A DNA stretch of 63,980 bases, counting the filler, from Conidiobolus incongruus B7586 (lineage: Eukaryota), in NCBI GenBank assembly GCA_000697335.1. It is 28 parts of 28 records of this genome, joined end to end, with 100 filler letters (N's around TTAATTAATTAA, not from the genome) between each part and the next. Parts side by side here need not be neighbours in the genome. Positions count along the whole stretch, not along the records: positions 40,181 to 46,361 come from JNEM01004811.1; positions 46,462 to 56,290 come from JNEM01004813.1; 26 more parts are not named here. The stretch is one strand, 5' to 3'. Of this stretch, positions 42,226-54,464 are shown in pieces. Both the position numbers and the translations under genes were made by a program. Every line of letters starts with the position of its first letter. The first letter of the stretch is position 1. The notes below the pieces were generated by a model. It was not told the DNA's origin, did not search any database, and saw nothing but the letters and a program-made list of their open reading frames with translations.

Positions 42226-44587
42226 TTTTATTTATTACATTCAGTCAAAGCAACAAGAATAGGAGAATATATTACCTTGTCCATAATCTTGAAGCTCAAA
42301 AATGACATAATTATAAAGTTTAAATAAATTAATTATTAATGTCATAATAATTCTGCTATAGATTTTATAGATATTTAAATATTTTCATCAATTATTTATA
42401 AATAAAGTATTCTTTTATTATTTTGATTTTAAATTTATAATACGCTAAATTTATCTTTTATTATTATACATTATATTAATGTTATAAGGTATAAATTTTA
42501 ATAAATTAATTTGAAGAATTTTTTATTATAAATAAATTTGAGTAAAATATTTTTTAAATTACTTAGGATTTTGTAAAATTATTAATCATGAATACTTGAT
42601 AACATATTTGACAGCAATAAATAAAAGAATAATGAAGGTGCTCATTTTTAATCTAATCATTGTATAAAAGTAATCCTTATGTAGCATTTTCCAAAATAAT
42701 TTAGACTTGATATATTTGTTAAATATTCTACTCTAACGTCAATATTTATACCAGTTAAAATTTTATGTTTTTGATTGTTTGTGGCAACAAATATATAACA
42801 AGGAATTGGAAAAAGTGATAAATATACATGACTAATATATTAACCCTCAATGATTATTTATTTAATATTGTACATCTATTTGAACCTACCGAGCTTAATA
42901 CTCATTATTAATTTTATTTTATCATCATTATTTTCACCTTAAATGTCTTATTAAAGTTGATTAAGCCCCAAAGAATAATTTCATTGTTACTTTTGAATAT
43001 AGTATTAAAATTTAATATTATTGATATGATATTCATTCAATTGATTCAATTATAGTTAGATGAATTTTTAAAGCTCTCAATGTTCGAATTTGAGACAATC
43101 AAACATTGGTACCATATTTAATTTGCAAGTTTGACCTTTTTATTTTGATAAAAATGATATTCAAGACAGATTTTAAAATTGTAAATAATACTTGATAGAT
43201 GCGGTATTAAAAATAATGAATGAATAAAGGATTAAACGTGTGTATTCAAAGTAAGGAGATAATAATTCGAATATCAATACTACTAGGGTACTGTAAAATA
43301 ATTTTATATGATGGTTTAAGTTTATCCGAATATTGTATAAATATAATATTTAAACAAATATTCAAATTTTAAATTGTAGTAATATTATAAGTAATGCAAA
43401 TCGTATTATTTTATACTGTTATCCCAAAATGAATATAATGCACTATCATGTTATCAAACTTAATCATTCAAACTGAATTTTGAATATATTCCATAATTTA
43501 TTAAAAATTATCAATAATAAAAGCAATTTTTAAAGTAGTTATGCTAATTATATGTAAAAACTTTTTAAAATAGAAATTGAGGGAATTATAATGCATTTAT
43601 CTATCCTGAATTAATCCCAAATATTCACTATAAAACTATTAATAATTATTATAAAATATTTAAATTTAGTAAGTATAGTAACAAATAGTAAACTTATCAA
43701 TCAAATAATTTTTAATTTGTCATAAAATTTGAAAAAAAAAATTCTTTGTGTAACATATAATTAAAAGGTATGTACTTTAAGTAATATTAAATATATTAAA
43801 TATATTAAAATATTTAAATTATTTAAATTATTTAAATTATTTTACTAAACAAAATTGATTAATAACTGAATTAAATTATTTTGAATTTCTCAAATAATTA
43901 AAATATTTTAGATATAAAAACCCCATAAAATGAGTGATATATTTGAAATTTAAAAAAATATATACCTTTATGAAACATAGATGACTAATCAGACTAGTCA
44001 AAGTCGGTAAATATGTAAAATTAACATAATGAATGGAGTTATGTGCTTGGTTAAAATTAATTAATTAATTTATAAATTATGAATTTAGGATTATTGAAAT
44101 ATCAAAAAAGTTTAAATATTCTAAAGTAATCGCTGTATATTTATTATTAACGTTATATTAAGCAATATTAGTGTTTTCATAATACAAGTCTATTTTATAA
44201 ATGATTAAAATTTGTTAAAAAGCTATATTTATTTGTTTTTTTTTTCAAAAATGAGATAAAGCATTGACTAATATTCTATTTGCTATTCTAATTCAAATTT
44301 AATCACAACCAAGAAACCAATATATTATATTATATTATAATGCTATATAAAATTATTATTATGAAATAAATTAAAGAATAAAGCTGAGTTATTGTGAAAA
44401 CTTCAAGCATTAATAAAAAAGGGTAATCCACCAATAAATCAGATTAAAAATCTAGTGGTAAATTAATTAAATTAAAACAATATGCAAGTAAAAATGGGTT
44501 GGTACTACAAATACATATTGAAATACCTTTATTTATATCTGCTTTCCTATCTTGAATCATAAATTTTTATTTATATGAAATTTTGGT

Positions 44588-45499
44588 ATGAATCCTTGGT
44601 TTATACTGGATGGTTTTGAATGCTTGATATTCGTCAGTGCAATACTGATTAATAGTTTGCTATTATTTATTACGTATAATCGTTTCCGTCTTAAAGGCGT
44701 AGATATATTCGTGTCTTTTGTTATATGTGTTGTGGATATTCTATTCTCAATTTTTGCTTTAATACATATTGTCCTTTATTGGTCAACCCGTGCTGATATA
44801 TATTTGAACCATATATACTGTCGAATCAATATTGTTTTGTATTATTCATTGGCAATGGCTGGATTTAATGCGATGGTTACTTTAGGGATATTGAGGTATT
44901 TAGCCATTTGTAAAAGTATTCTTATGACTGAGAGGAAAGCAATTATAATAATGGGAACTAATACATCTATCTCCGTTATATTTTCAATATACTTAATCAT
45001 GAATAATGATCCTTTGGCTATTTCTGAAAAAATGGTTTGTTCAATTAATATCGCTCATGGATCGCCATCGTTCTATGTATCACTTTGTTTGATTTTAATC
45101 TACTATATTTATTTCATGATTATCATATTTTGTTATTTAAAAATATCAATTTATTATTATAAAGAGTTAAGCTTATTGGAATCGACTTATTTTTCTACTC
45201 AATCATCTTCCAATATGAAGAAAAAACTGTGCCGAGCGAAGTTGATCACAATATTAAAAACAAACGCAATCATGATTATTTATATGATTCAAATTCTACC
45301 AAGGAGCATATTTGATCTAGTGAGCTTATTTACTCTCAACAAACTGGATACTGTTTCTGAAGCGATTACAGTGTTTATTTTCAATTTTTTTCCTTTAACG
45401 AATCCTATTATGATTTTATTCTTTCATGATGAAACTCTCCAGGAAATGAAATTACTTCAAGTGCTATGGATTGCTAGAATTAAAAAGTTATTTCATTAA
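44588..45499 (+). CDS. Intronless class A (rhodopsin-like) 7TM GPCR-like protein (303 aa)
   Basis: Seven hydrophobic segments, Asn in TM1 (INSLL), Asp in TM2 (VVDIL), Cys at the top of TM3, a DRY-like LRYLAICK and an NPxxY-like TNPIMI. Confidence 0.85.
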   Translation: MNPWFILDGFECLIFVSAILINSLLLFITYNRFRLKGVDIFVSFVICVVDILFSIFALIHIVLYWSTRADIYLNHIYCRINIVLYYSLAMAGFNAMVTLGILRYLAICKSILMTERKAIIIMGTNTSISVIFSIYLIMNNDPLAISEKMVCSINIAHGSPSFYVSLCLILIYYIYFMIIIFCYLKISIYYYKELSLLESTYFSTQSSSNMKKKLCRAKLITILKTNAIMIIYMIQILPRSIFDLVSLFTLNKLDTVSEAITVFIFNFFPLTNPIMILFFHDETLQEMKLLQVLWIARIKKLFH

Positions 45500-48040
45500 C
45501 TTTATTTATTAGACAAAGAGAAAATTACATCAGGAATGAAAAATCATATTGCCTAATCTATAGTTTCATCTTTACACTCTTATTTAAATTTTGATAAATT
45601 TAAATAAAAGTCTCTATTAATGATGCTATATTTTTAATTAATTTCTTATTTTTATTTCAAAATAAATTTATTATTATGAATCCTAATATATTCATGAGTG
45701 AAAGGCTTGATAGTGTAATCTCAATTAACTTATTATGTTAAAAGGACTGTTAATTAAAAAAAATAAACTTTAAATTCATTTTATCATTTTGGCATTCAAA
45801 TATATAAATTAAGATGAAATCAAATATTAAAATAATCTATATCAAGTACACAAAGAAGCTCTTTATATGAATAATGAGGGAATTGTCATCATCTAATTAA
45901 TTTATATAACCTTAGTTCAATTTAATTTCTAATATTATTTTATTCATATTTATTAGATATCAAATTTTAATTTAATATATGAAAATCAAAATTTATTATA
46001 AAGATAAGATTTATCTTACTTTAAAATAAAAAAAAATGGAAATTATTTTAATTTCTGATTTTTCAATTATATTATTAGTGACTGAAAAATATTCATAAAA
46101 TAAATAGGAAAATATATACTTTTAAACAATATATATTAATATATAATGTTTTTTATTATAAATTTATTATAAAATTTTATATTGAATTTAGATAATAATT
46201 GTCAAAGGTTTTTGATTTTAATATCATTATAGTTTAATTATTTGTTTTTATTAAAAATTATTTATAATTATAATTATATAGATAATATTTTGTAAAAATT
46301 TATTTTTAAATTTTAAATAGATTATTTTAAAACTAATAGTGAGTTTATTTAAAATTTAATANNNNNNNNNNNNNNNNNNNNNNNNNNNNNNNNNNNNNNN
46401 NNNNNTTAATTAATTAANNNNNNNNNNNNNNNNNNNNNNNNNNNNNNNNNNNNNNNNNNNNAAGATTTGATTGATATAATTAAACCAAAAAAAAAATAAT
46501 AAATTTTAAAATATTAATAAAAATTTGAATAAAATCATTAATAATTATTTTGATAAATTTTGAATCTAAAATTAAATTAATTATAATACAAATAAAATAA
46601 ATAATAATATTAAGTGATATATTAAACTATTTAATTAATTAATATATTTATGATATTTAAATCAAAATATCTAAATAAATTAAATCTAAAACAAAATATT
46701 TATCTGAGGATTATATGGATATTTAATCAATCAAATAGTGGATGAATATAACATTTTTAAATATCAATTAAATAATAATCAATAATTACTTAAATTATGT
46801 CCAGTTTTAATATAACAAAGTAAATTACCTAATTTTAAAGTTCAGAAAAATAAATAATAAATAATAAATTATAATATTAATATTAATATATTAATGAAAT
46901 AATAAAGGATTTGATCAAGTTTAGAGTGATAGTATAGTACCATATAGGTATTACTTAAATATTATGCCATGGAGTTCATTTTTTAAATATGACTTATTAA
47001 ATATAAAATTTTAGGAAAAAACTAATTGATTTATAACTGGACCTATTTTAGATATATAAATTATTAATCAATACTGGGTTTACAATGAAAAAATATAGTA
47101 TAATATATTTTATAATCCATGAGTATGATAAAAAAAATTGATAATAATAAAGGTCAATAGTATATAGATTAAATTAGATATTATATAAAGTAATTGCTAA
47201 ATTTACAGGTGAAAAACTTCAATTATAAGTATTAATTAAAATTTGACTAAAACTTAAAACAAAACAGAGTATAAAAATCAAAATAATACTAAAATTAAAA
47301 TAAAAAACAAAATAAAAAAATTTATTTAAATAAATAAAATTTTCATATAATGTTAAATTATTTATATTTATTTTTTAAAATTAGAAAAATCTAAACTTTG
47401 TTTAGTTATGAAAATTAAAGTAATAATTGAAAAAAATTTGTATTATGAATATTTATTTTTTGATGATAATGAATCATGAACTCAAATTGATATAAATCTT
47501 TTTAAAATCATATAAAAAGTTTAACTCATTTTTTTCAATTTATATACTATATTAATTAGTTGATTTCAATTATTTTTGACAATGATAAACACAATAATGT
47601 ACTCTATGAGATGATATTATTTTCAAACATTTTGATCGAATAAATTCTTTAAAAAATAAAATAACAACATTTATTAATTTGTTCAATTCAAACAACGATC
47701 TCAATATAAGTATTAAAACTTAAGATGAATTCTAAATAGATTATATTAACATCTTGTTCAATCAAAAAATAATTAAGATTACAATAATATCCTTGTAAAT
47801 TTGATTTTAAATCAAATTGTTATAAGCATATCAACTTTGGAAACTTTAAATTTTCATTTCAAAATATTTTAATTCAGAAATTGGTATTTCAAGGTTAAAT
47901 AGGCCATTGTATGAATTCAGCATATAGTTATTTTTCATTTGTATATATAATTGATAATTTTTTAAATTGAATAAATTGACATTATATTTATAAAAATAAC
48001 TTTAAATTAATAATTATAATCTATATTTATCACTTCAAAA

Positions 48041-48821
48041 CTATTTGGGATCCAATTTATCTAACTTCTTAGAAATCAAATCTGCAACCAAGCCCTGTAA
48101 TTTTAAATCTCTAGCCCGTTCGTCCTGAATAGTTTGATCATTCATCACATTTTCAAAGTTGGAGATGAAGGTGGTAGGGAGGGGGTTAACGTCGGAATTC
48201 TCGTCCAATTCCTGCTTCAAATGAGCTAAACTATCCTCTTCAACTTCGTAATTGACAAGTGGTACGGTAGTCAAGGGTTTCAGAAGTTCTGCAAGCTCTT
48301 CGTACTCTTCTTCAAGGGCAGCTTGGTAGGCCTAATAAAACCAAAATATCATTAATATCTCTTCATACATTGTGATAGATATTATATTACAGATTTAGAT
48401 TCGTCATTAACCAAATTGGGATCAGCGCCATGTTGCAACAAAATATTAGCGCACTCGGCCTGTTCGCAGTAGTGTAAGGGAGTATCACCATCATTTGTCT
48501 TCAAGTTTACGTCTGCACCTTTGGAAATCAAGTATTCCGTAAGTTCTGGATAATTCCAAGAAACTGAAGCATGACTAAACCATTCCATTAAAGCAGTGAT
48601 TAGTTAAATATAGTATATCTATTTTACAGTGGAGCATATCCGTTCTCATCTTGAATATTTACATTTACATTTTCTTTTTCTATTAAATTCTAAACTTTAT
48701 TTAATATATTAAAAATTAAAAGAAATTATTAATTTACTTTAATTAATTCAAATTCGTTATTACTACAAGCTATCCAAATATTATGATTATTTGAAGAAGA
48801 AGATGATGATAATGAAGTCAT
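48041..48821 (-). CDS. Ankyrin-repeat protein, yeast YCR051W-like; 4 exons
   Basis: Spliced through three GT-AG introns: MTSLSSSSSSNNHNIWIACSNNEFELIK|NLIEKENVNVNIQDENGYAPL|HASVSWNYPELTEYLISKGADVNLKTNDGDTPLHYCE...ESKS|AYQAALEEEYEELAELLKPLTT...DPK*. This joins ORF-track pieces 48382-48588 and 48041-48274. Confidence 0.9.
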
Positions 48822-48900
48822 TATTTTTGTTATATTTTTTTATTGATTAAATACCAAAGTTTAAATTTCTATTTAATGATTAATACCTAATTCTAAATTA

Positions 48901-48908
48901 TTATGGGA
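48901..48908 (-). promoter_or_regulatory. Candidate promoter motif TCCCATAA upstream of the ankyrin gene
   Basis: 80 nt upstream of the ATG at 48821. The same 8-mer has the same orientation and spacing at ERG28 and the BCD1-like gene. Confidence 0.55.
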
Positions 48909-49020
48909 TACAAAATAAATTACTCAAGTCAATTAAAAGTAAAATAATAAAAAGAAATAGGTTAAATTTTAAACTAAAGATTAATTTATTTTTTTGATAT
49001 CAATTCAATAAAAAAACTTA

Positions 49021-49576
49021 TTAATGAATATAATAATTGTAAGATTTGTACATCCAAACCATAGAAAGAGCTAAAAATCCAATTAATATGTCTCAAATAT
49101 TAAATAAATAATTCAAACTTACTAGAAATAATCATAGGACCAATAGTACCAGCATTAATTCTTGCAGTTTTAAAGTAAAAAATTTCAGTATTGAAGTGGA
49201 AGAATGCTAGGACATAGGTTAAAAAAGTCATGTGGTAAATACTAAAGTATAAATTATTAGTACAAATCAGCATATATTTCACAATATTGGTTACGTTTTA
49301 TCGTGAATATTATAAGCTGCATAAGCTCTGATAATACCGGAAGTAAACGTCCAAACTGCGAATAATCTACCAGCCAAACCAGTAACTAAATACAATAAGA
49401 TTATTATTCAAAAGTGAGTCTGATGACTATTTACCTTCTTGAGGCTGCTGATCATAAATTCTTCTATTGAACTTAAAAGGACTCAAAAAGCATTGCGCAG
49501 AGTTGAAAAATGCTAAAGTTGATACGAATAAAAAGTACTTGGGTAAGTAGCCTTCAGGTAAGTAAAATCCTAACAT
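49021..49576 (-). CDS. ERG28: Ergosterol biosynthesis scaffold protein Erg28; 4 exons
   Basis: Spliced: MLGFYLPEGYLPKYFLFVSTLAFFNSAQCFLSPFKFNRRIYDQQPQE|VTGLAGRLFAVWTFTSGIIRAYAAYNIHDKT|IYHMTFLTYVLAFFHFNTEIFYFKTARINAGTIGPMIIS|TLSMVWMYKSYNYYIH*. It carries the hallmark Erg28 motifs. Confidence 0.95.
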
Positions 49577-49649
49577 TTTATTAATAAATTAATATTAAGA
49601 ATTTATCATTATTATTTGGTATTATTAAATAATTAAATTTTAATCAATA

Positions 49650-49657
49650 TTATGGGA
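49650..49657 (-). promoter_or_regulatory. Candidate promoter motif TCCCATAA in the 187-bp divergent ERG28/TASP1 intergenic region
   Basis: 74 nt upstream of the ERG28 ATG, and the only G-rich island in that spacer. Confidence 0.55.
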
Positions 49658-49763
49658 GTTTTAATAATATAAATATTTTGTATTCAATTTCAATTCATTA
49701 CTTTTTTTTTCAATTTTTAATTAATGTAATAATATTTTTATTTTGAAAAAATTAAAATAAATA

Positions 49764-51666
49764 ATGTTTTTAGCAATACATATAGGAGCTGGTAATAAAT
49801 ATAATTTAAATTTAAAAATTGAAAAATTAATTTTAATTAGGTTATCACAGTCCCCGAAAAGAGTCAGAATATAAAAAATTATTAAGAAAGTAAATATCAT
49901 TAATATTTATTACAATAGTATATTATTTATGCTTTAGAGCTTTAAAACTTGGGAAAAATTTATTATTAAACAATAAAAGTGGAATTGAAGTTATTACAGA
50001 AGTTATTGAATATTTGGAAGTAATTGATATAATTTACTATTATTAGAAATTTTTTATTAATATAAACTTTTATAAAAAATAGAATTCAGAATTAACTAAC
50101 GCAGGTAATCCCAATTAACATGTTATTAAATAATGAGAGTAAATTCAACAATATAGGCTATGGATCCAACCTCAATATCAATGGAGAAATTGAATTAGAT
50201 GCAAGTTTAATGAGTGGTAAAACACATATTTTCACATCTGTGGGTGCCATGTCAAGTAATTATATTAAATTTTCAACGAATTATCATTAACGATAACAAT
50301 ATTAAGATATAAAAAATCCAATTAAGTTATGTGAAAGAATGATGTCACATTATGATAAAGGTCATTGGAGTTTGGGTAGAATTCCTCCAATGTAATTTTA
50401 ATGAAATGATTTAAGTACTGGAATATTAATTTTTATTTTCGATTAGAATGTTATCAGGGAAACATAACGAGCTAATAAGTTCCATTTACAATATTCCAAT
50501 AATTGATTCTAAAGAACTCATATCAAGTAATTAATTATTAGTTAATAGCATATCATTATTAATAAGTAATGTAGATGAAAGTTTTAATCAATACGAAAAA
50601 CATTTAAATAAATTAAAAAATTATCACAGAATTAAAGAAACTGAAAATTTTGGATTGAAGAGTTTTTTTAAGTATAGTGAAAACAATGTAATTAATCTAT
50701 TATATTATATTGAAAAATTATTAAATTATTTATTTTTTATTTAGAATAGTCAATTTTCAGAGATTAATAATGAAGACAATCGAGACAATTTTTACGATAC
50801 TGTCGGCGCTATCTGTATAGATCATGAAGGAAATATCGTGTCGGGATGCAGTTCAGGTGGTATTGCTCTAAAATTGGCTGGAAGAGTTGGTGAAGTAGGA
50901 ATATAAATTTTATATTATTTTCTATGATTGATGAGTAAGTTTAGGCTGCCATTAAAAAACTCGGATGCTATGCCGAAAACTGTAACGATTCTAATTCAAT
51001 AGGCATTGGTTATAGCTGTACAGGTAACTAATATATCATTCAATTAATTTATTACTGGTACCAGTTGATTAGGAATGGGAGAACATTTAACAACTGTGAA
51101 CCTGGGAGAAGAAATTACAAAACATTTCAAATATTATCTTAACCAGAGTGAAATTGACGCAACATTTGATTCTAAATATTTATCAGTTCTGGATTATTTG
51201 GAACCTCAATTACATTTAATCAATAGTAATATAATACACACATATATAAGTATATACAACAAACTAGTAACTTATTTAGATCATCATTCTTTAAACCAAT
51301 TCGATTTAAAATTAATGGGTATATTATTTTTGGGTTGGGATTTGAAGAATTCAGGTATTTTTTATCCATACTCATAATATTTATCTTATCAATTATTTGT
51401 TAGATTTACATTGTATTAAATGCTTCTCAACTCCTTCCATGGTAATATATATTATTTATAATTAATATCGTTATTAATAATGATTTTAGGGTTCTGGTTA
51501 TTGGTACTCTAAAAAAGATGAAATGAAAGTAAATTTTAATAATTTATATTATAATATGATTGGAATTCATTCATTGATTTAATAGGTATCAGTTGACTAT
51601 AACGATTCTTACAATTTAAAATCAGATACTAAATGGTGTTTGATTGGTCAAAAGTTTAAAATTTAA
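49764..51666 (+). CDS. TASP1: Threonine aspartase 1 (Taspase1)-like Ntn-hydrolase; about 15 exons
   Basis: Spliced: [13 protein letters not shown]...[28 protein letters not shown]...IKNPI...SLGRIPP...FYD^[34 protein letters not shown]...CT|GMGEHL...FSTPSM...QKFKI*. It has the D/T autocleavage site and the SSGG-LK-GRVG motif of Taspase1. Confidence 0.92.
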
Positions 51667-51923
51667 AATTTCATAAATAGTTTAAATTATTATATAGAAT
51701 AAAATAAATGTAGTTATTATTTAATATTAACGATGAAAAATGCATTTATATTCATGATTATACATTTTGTCAATATCCAACTAGTATTAAAATTGAGTAA
51801 TAAATTCTGATTACTCTTATAAATTGAAGACATACCAATTAAATTATTAAATATAACACTATTATAACCTTAATCACTTTATTAATATAAACTCTATTTA
51901 CACTCTAAGTCTAAAACAGCTAA

Positions 51924-52432
51924 TTAATCCTCAGTTTTTTTATTCGCACCCAACTTATTCCTCTTCTTCAATTTGTTTTTAAATTTTTTCTGGAGTAAAG
52001 AAATTTTCTTCAATTTGGTCTCGCTTAAATTTAATTTTGTATTTAAATCTTCTAAATAATTAAAATCTATAACTTTATCAATATGAAATTTATGTGTATG
52101 ATATTATGGTGTTTACCTTGTGTTAAATTAATATCAGAATAGTTTTTTCTAGAAATAAATTTGGTAGGATCGCGTTCGCCAGAGCAATTGAATTGAGTTT
52201 TATGTTCCTTGGAACATTTTAAACTACAAGTTTTATATAGACAATTAGGACACTTGTACTTGTATTTTTCAACTTTGCAGATTTGACAGTTGTTGGACGG
52301 TATTTCTTCCTCAGGAATATGGTTCTGTATTTTGGTGATGGTGGTGGTATTGGCTGCATTAAAATTTAGATTGGGAAATAGTTCTATACTTTCGTGGTTG
52401 GTTTCGGTATCGTCTATTTTATTTGATTCCAT
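51924..52432 (-). CDS. BCD1: zf-HIT protein, Bcd1/ZNHIT6-like but short (152 aa); 2 exons (52117-52432, 51924-52066)
   Basis: CQIC...KYKCPNCLYKTCSLKCSKEHKTQFNCSGERDPTKFI, then a 50-nt GT-AG intron, then DFNYLE (the Bcd1 DYNFL-type motif), a Lys-rich tail and a stop. Confidence 0.8.
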
Positions 52433-52511
52433 GTTATTAATTGTAGATTAATTTGATGGAAATTTAAAATTAAACAAAGCATGGATTTATAAAAATTAAA
52501 CTTTTTTCATT

Positions 52512-52519
52512 TTATGGGA
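52512..52519 (-). promoter_or_regulatory. Candidate promoter motif TCCCATAA upstream of the BCD1-like gene
   Basis: 80 nt upstream of the ATG at 52432. Confidence 0.55.
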
Positions 52520-52898
52520 TTGAAATTGACATGAAATATGTTAATTAAAAATAAGGTTAGAATATTAAATTAGACTAAATTATTGAAAAAAATGAATAAA
52601 AGTTGAGTATTATAAACAGATTGGGAATATATTAATAAAGTTAGTAAATATAAGAATATTGAAAAAAATTTAAAGTTAGGAGTTTTTTATGATATTGGAA
52701 AAAAATATTATTTAAATAGATAGATTGAATAAAGGGAATGTATGAAAATCATTAAATAATATTAATAACGTGAGAGGAATATATAAATTTATCAAAAAAC
52801 TAAACATTTTTGTTGAAAAAATATGAGCGAAATAATGAAAGTGATAAAAAATTAATAAATTAAAGTATTCATAATAAATTTCCAGTTAAAATGGTTAA

Positions 52899-52972
52899 GC
52901 TTCCATGGCGCAATTGGCTAGCGCGTCCGACTGTTAATCGGGAGGTTGGTGGTTCAAGCCCACCTGGGAGCG
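52899..52972 (+). tRNA. tRNA-Asn (GTT), intronless
   Basis: Acceptor stem GCTTCCA/TGGGAGC with discriminator G, D arm gcgc/gcgc, anticodon arm tccga-CTGTTAA-tcggg, T arm ggtgg-TTCAAGC-ccacc, and a T run at 52981. Confidence 0.97.
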
Positions 52973-53954
52973 TAGCCAGGTTTTGAATACATCTTTTTCA
53001 AGTGAAACTCACATAAATATATCTTTATTTTATAATTTCTTAATCTAAATTTTAATTTAATTTTTTTTAATTTCTATATAGTATTTAGTACTATATAAAT
53101 ATCTTATAATCCAATATTATTACTTCTATATTAAACCGAAGTATTACGCTCATTTTTTATAAATATACTATATTATAAAAGTTCCAATATTACAATAATT
53201 TTTAATGATGTCAATCATAAAACGAAATATATTCAGGGCGAAATTAAGGGTAAAATTAATATTAAATTTCCACCAATATCAAATTTTTTAGTTAGTATTT
53301 TCACTTCATCTAAGGTATATAAACTCTAATACAGCCTATCATGCTATAATCCAATTCATGGTTTGTTATTGTGTTTTGAAGTGTTGTTTATTTTTTTTGA
53401 ATTGTAATTTGTTTGAAGTATGGCTCTTTCAAAATAGAGTTTATCCTTGATTTTTAGCGATTTTGAAATTTCATAGCTATAATTTACTGGGAAAATTCCC
53501 TTATTTGGTGAATTCGAATACCAAGGATTTGAGTCTTGATATTTACAACTATTGTTAATATCTCAAGACGTTATAAAATTATAAAATCATTTTAAGTTAT
53601 AAAAATATAGTTATTAATTGAATAATTAATTATACTTATTAAAAGTTATATTATAAAATTATCAACTCCTAATAAGGATTAGTATTTGATTGAACTTCTT
53701 AAATAGCAAATTCAAATTTGAAAATTTACAAAAAGAAACTTTAGGGATAATACCAGTTTAGAAATAAAATAATCAAGAATAAAAAATCAATTAAAATTGT
53801 ATGTGTATCAATTAACCCTTAATATAGCGATAGTAAATTGGATATATAAGCAGCTAAAAGTCCTAAATATCCATATAATTTTATCATTATTTAAGTAATT
53901 TAAAATTCTTTAAAAAATAAAGTTTAATTATTAAATTTTTAAAGATATAAAATT

Positions 53955-54464
53955 ATGGAGACTAAAGTGGAAGAAAGTAAAGTATCTCTGTTGACTGGGG
54001 ATCCAGTTGAAGAACAGGTAAGTTAATATTTCAGAGCCTTATATATTCTATCATATTCACTTGAACTACTTCAGGTAATTTGGAGTGGTGTCACTTGGCC
54101 ATGGGCTTGTTTCTCCCCTCTCACATGCCAGTCCGTGACTTGGCATATTACGACCAAAAGAATTGAAAAGATCTACGGGTTCAGAGGTGGTAACTCCGAT
54201 ACCATCGACCTGAGAAGAATTACAGATATTTCTTATCACAGATCCCCTCTAGAAATGTGTACAATGAGAGGTTCTATAGTGATTCATTCAACGTAAGTTA
54301 TTTGCTTGTAAATGTATTTGATTTTATTTAATATGTTATTGATGCTTAGAATGGCAATGGAGCCGGTGATTACGATCTCCGGGTGGGGGTTAAAGCCAGT
54401 GTACCAAAGATTAAAAGAAGCTTGGTTAGCATCTAATGCAAATCAATTTATTATGTCTGCTTAA
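53955..54464 (+). CDS. Small bacterial-type PH domain protein (bPH_2/YdbS-like), 131 aa; 3 exons (53955-54017, 54075-54292, 54350-54464)
   Basis: Two 57-nt GTAAGT...AG introns give an uninterrupted frame: METKVEESKVSLLTGDPVEEQVIWSGVTWPWACFSPLTCQSVTWHITTKRIEKIYGFRGGNSDTIDLRRITDISYHRSPLEMCTMRGSIVIHSTMAMEPVITISGWGLKPVYQRLKEAWLASNANQFIMSA*. The ITxxRI...G...DLRRIxDI...S..E....G.I.I.S pattern matches bPH_2. Confidence 0.8.

Noticed and set aside
49100..51377. ORF-track entries 49100-49282 and 51075-51377 (also 48041-48274, 48382-48588, 52067-52432) as separate genes
   Set aside because: They are exons plus intron read-through of the spliced ERG28, TASP1, ankyrin and BCD1-like genes.
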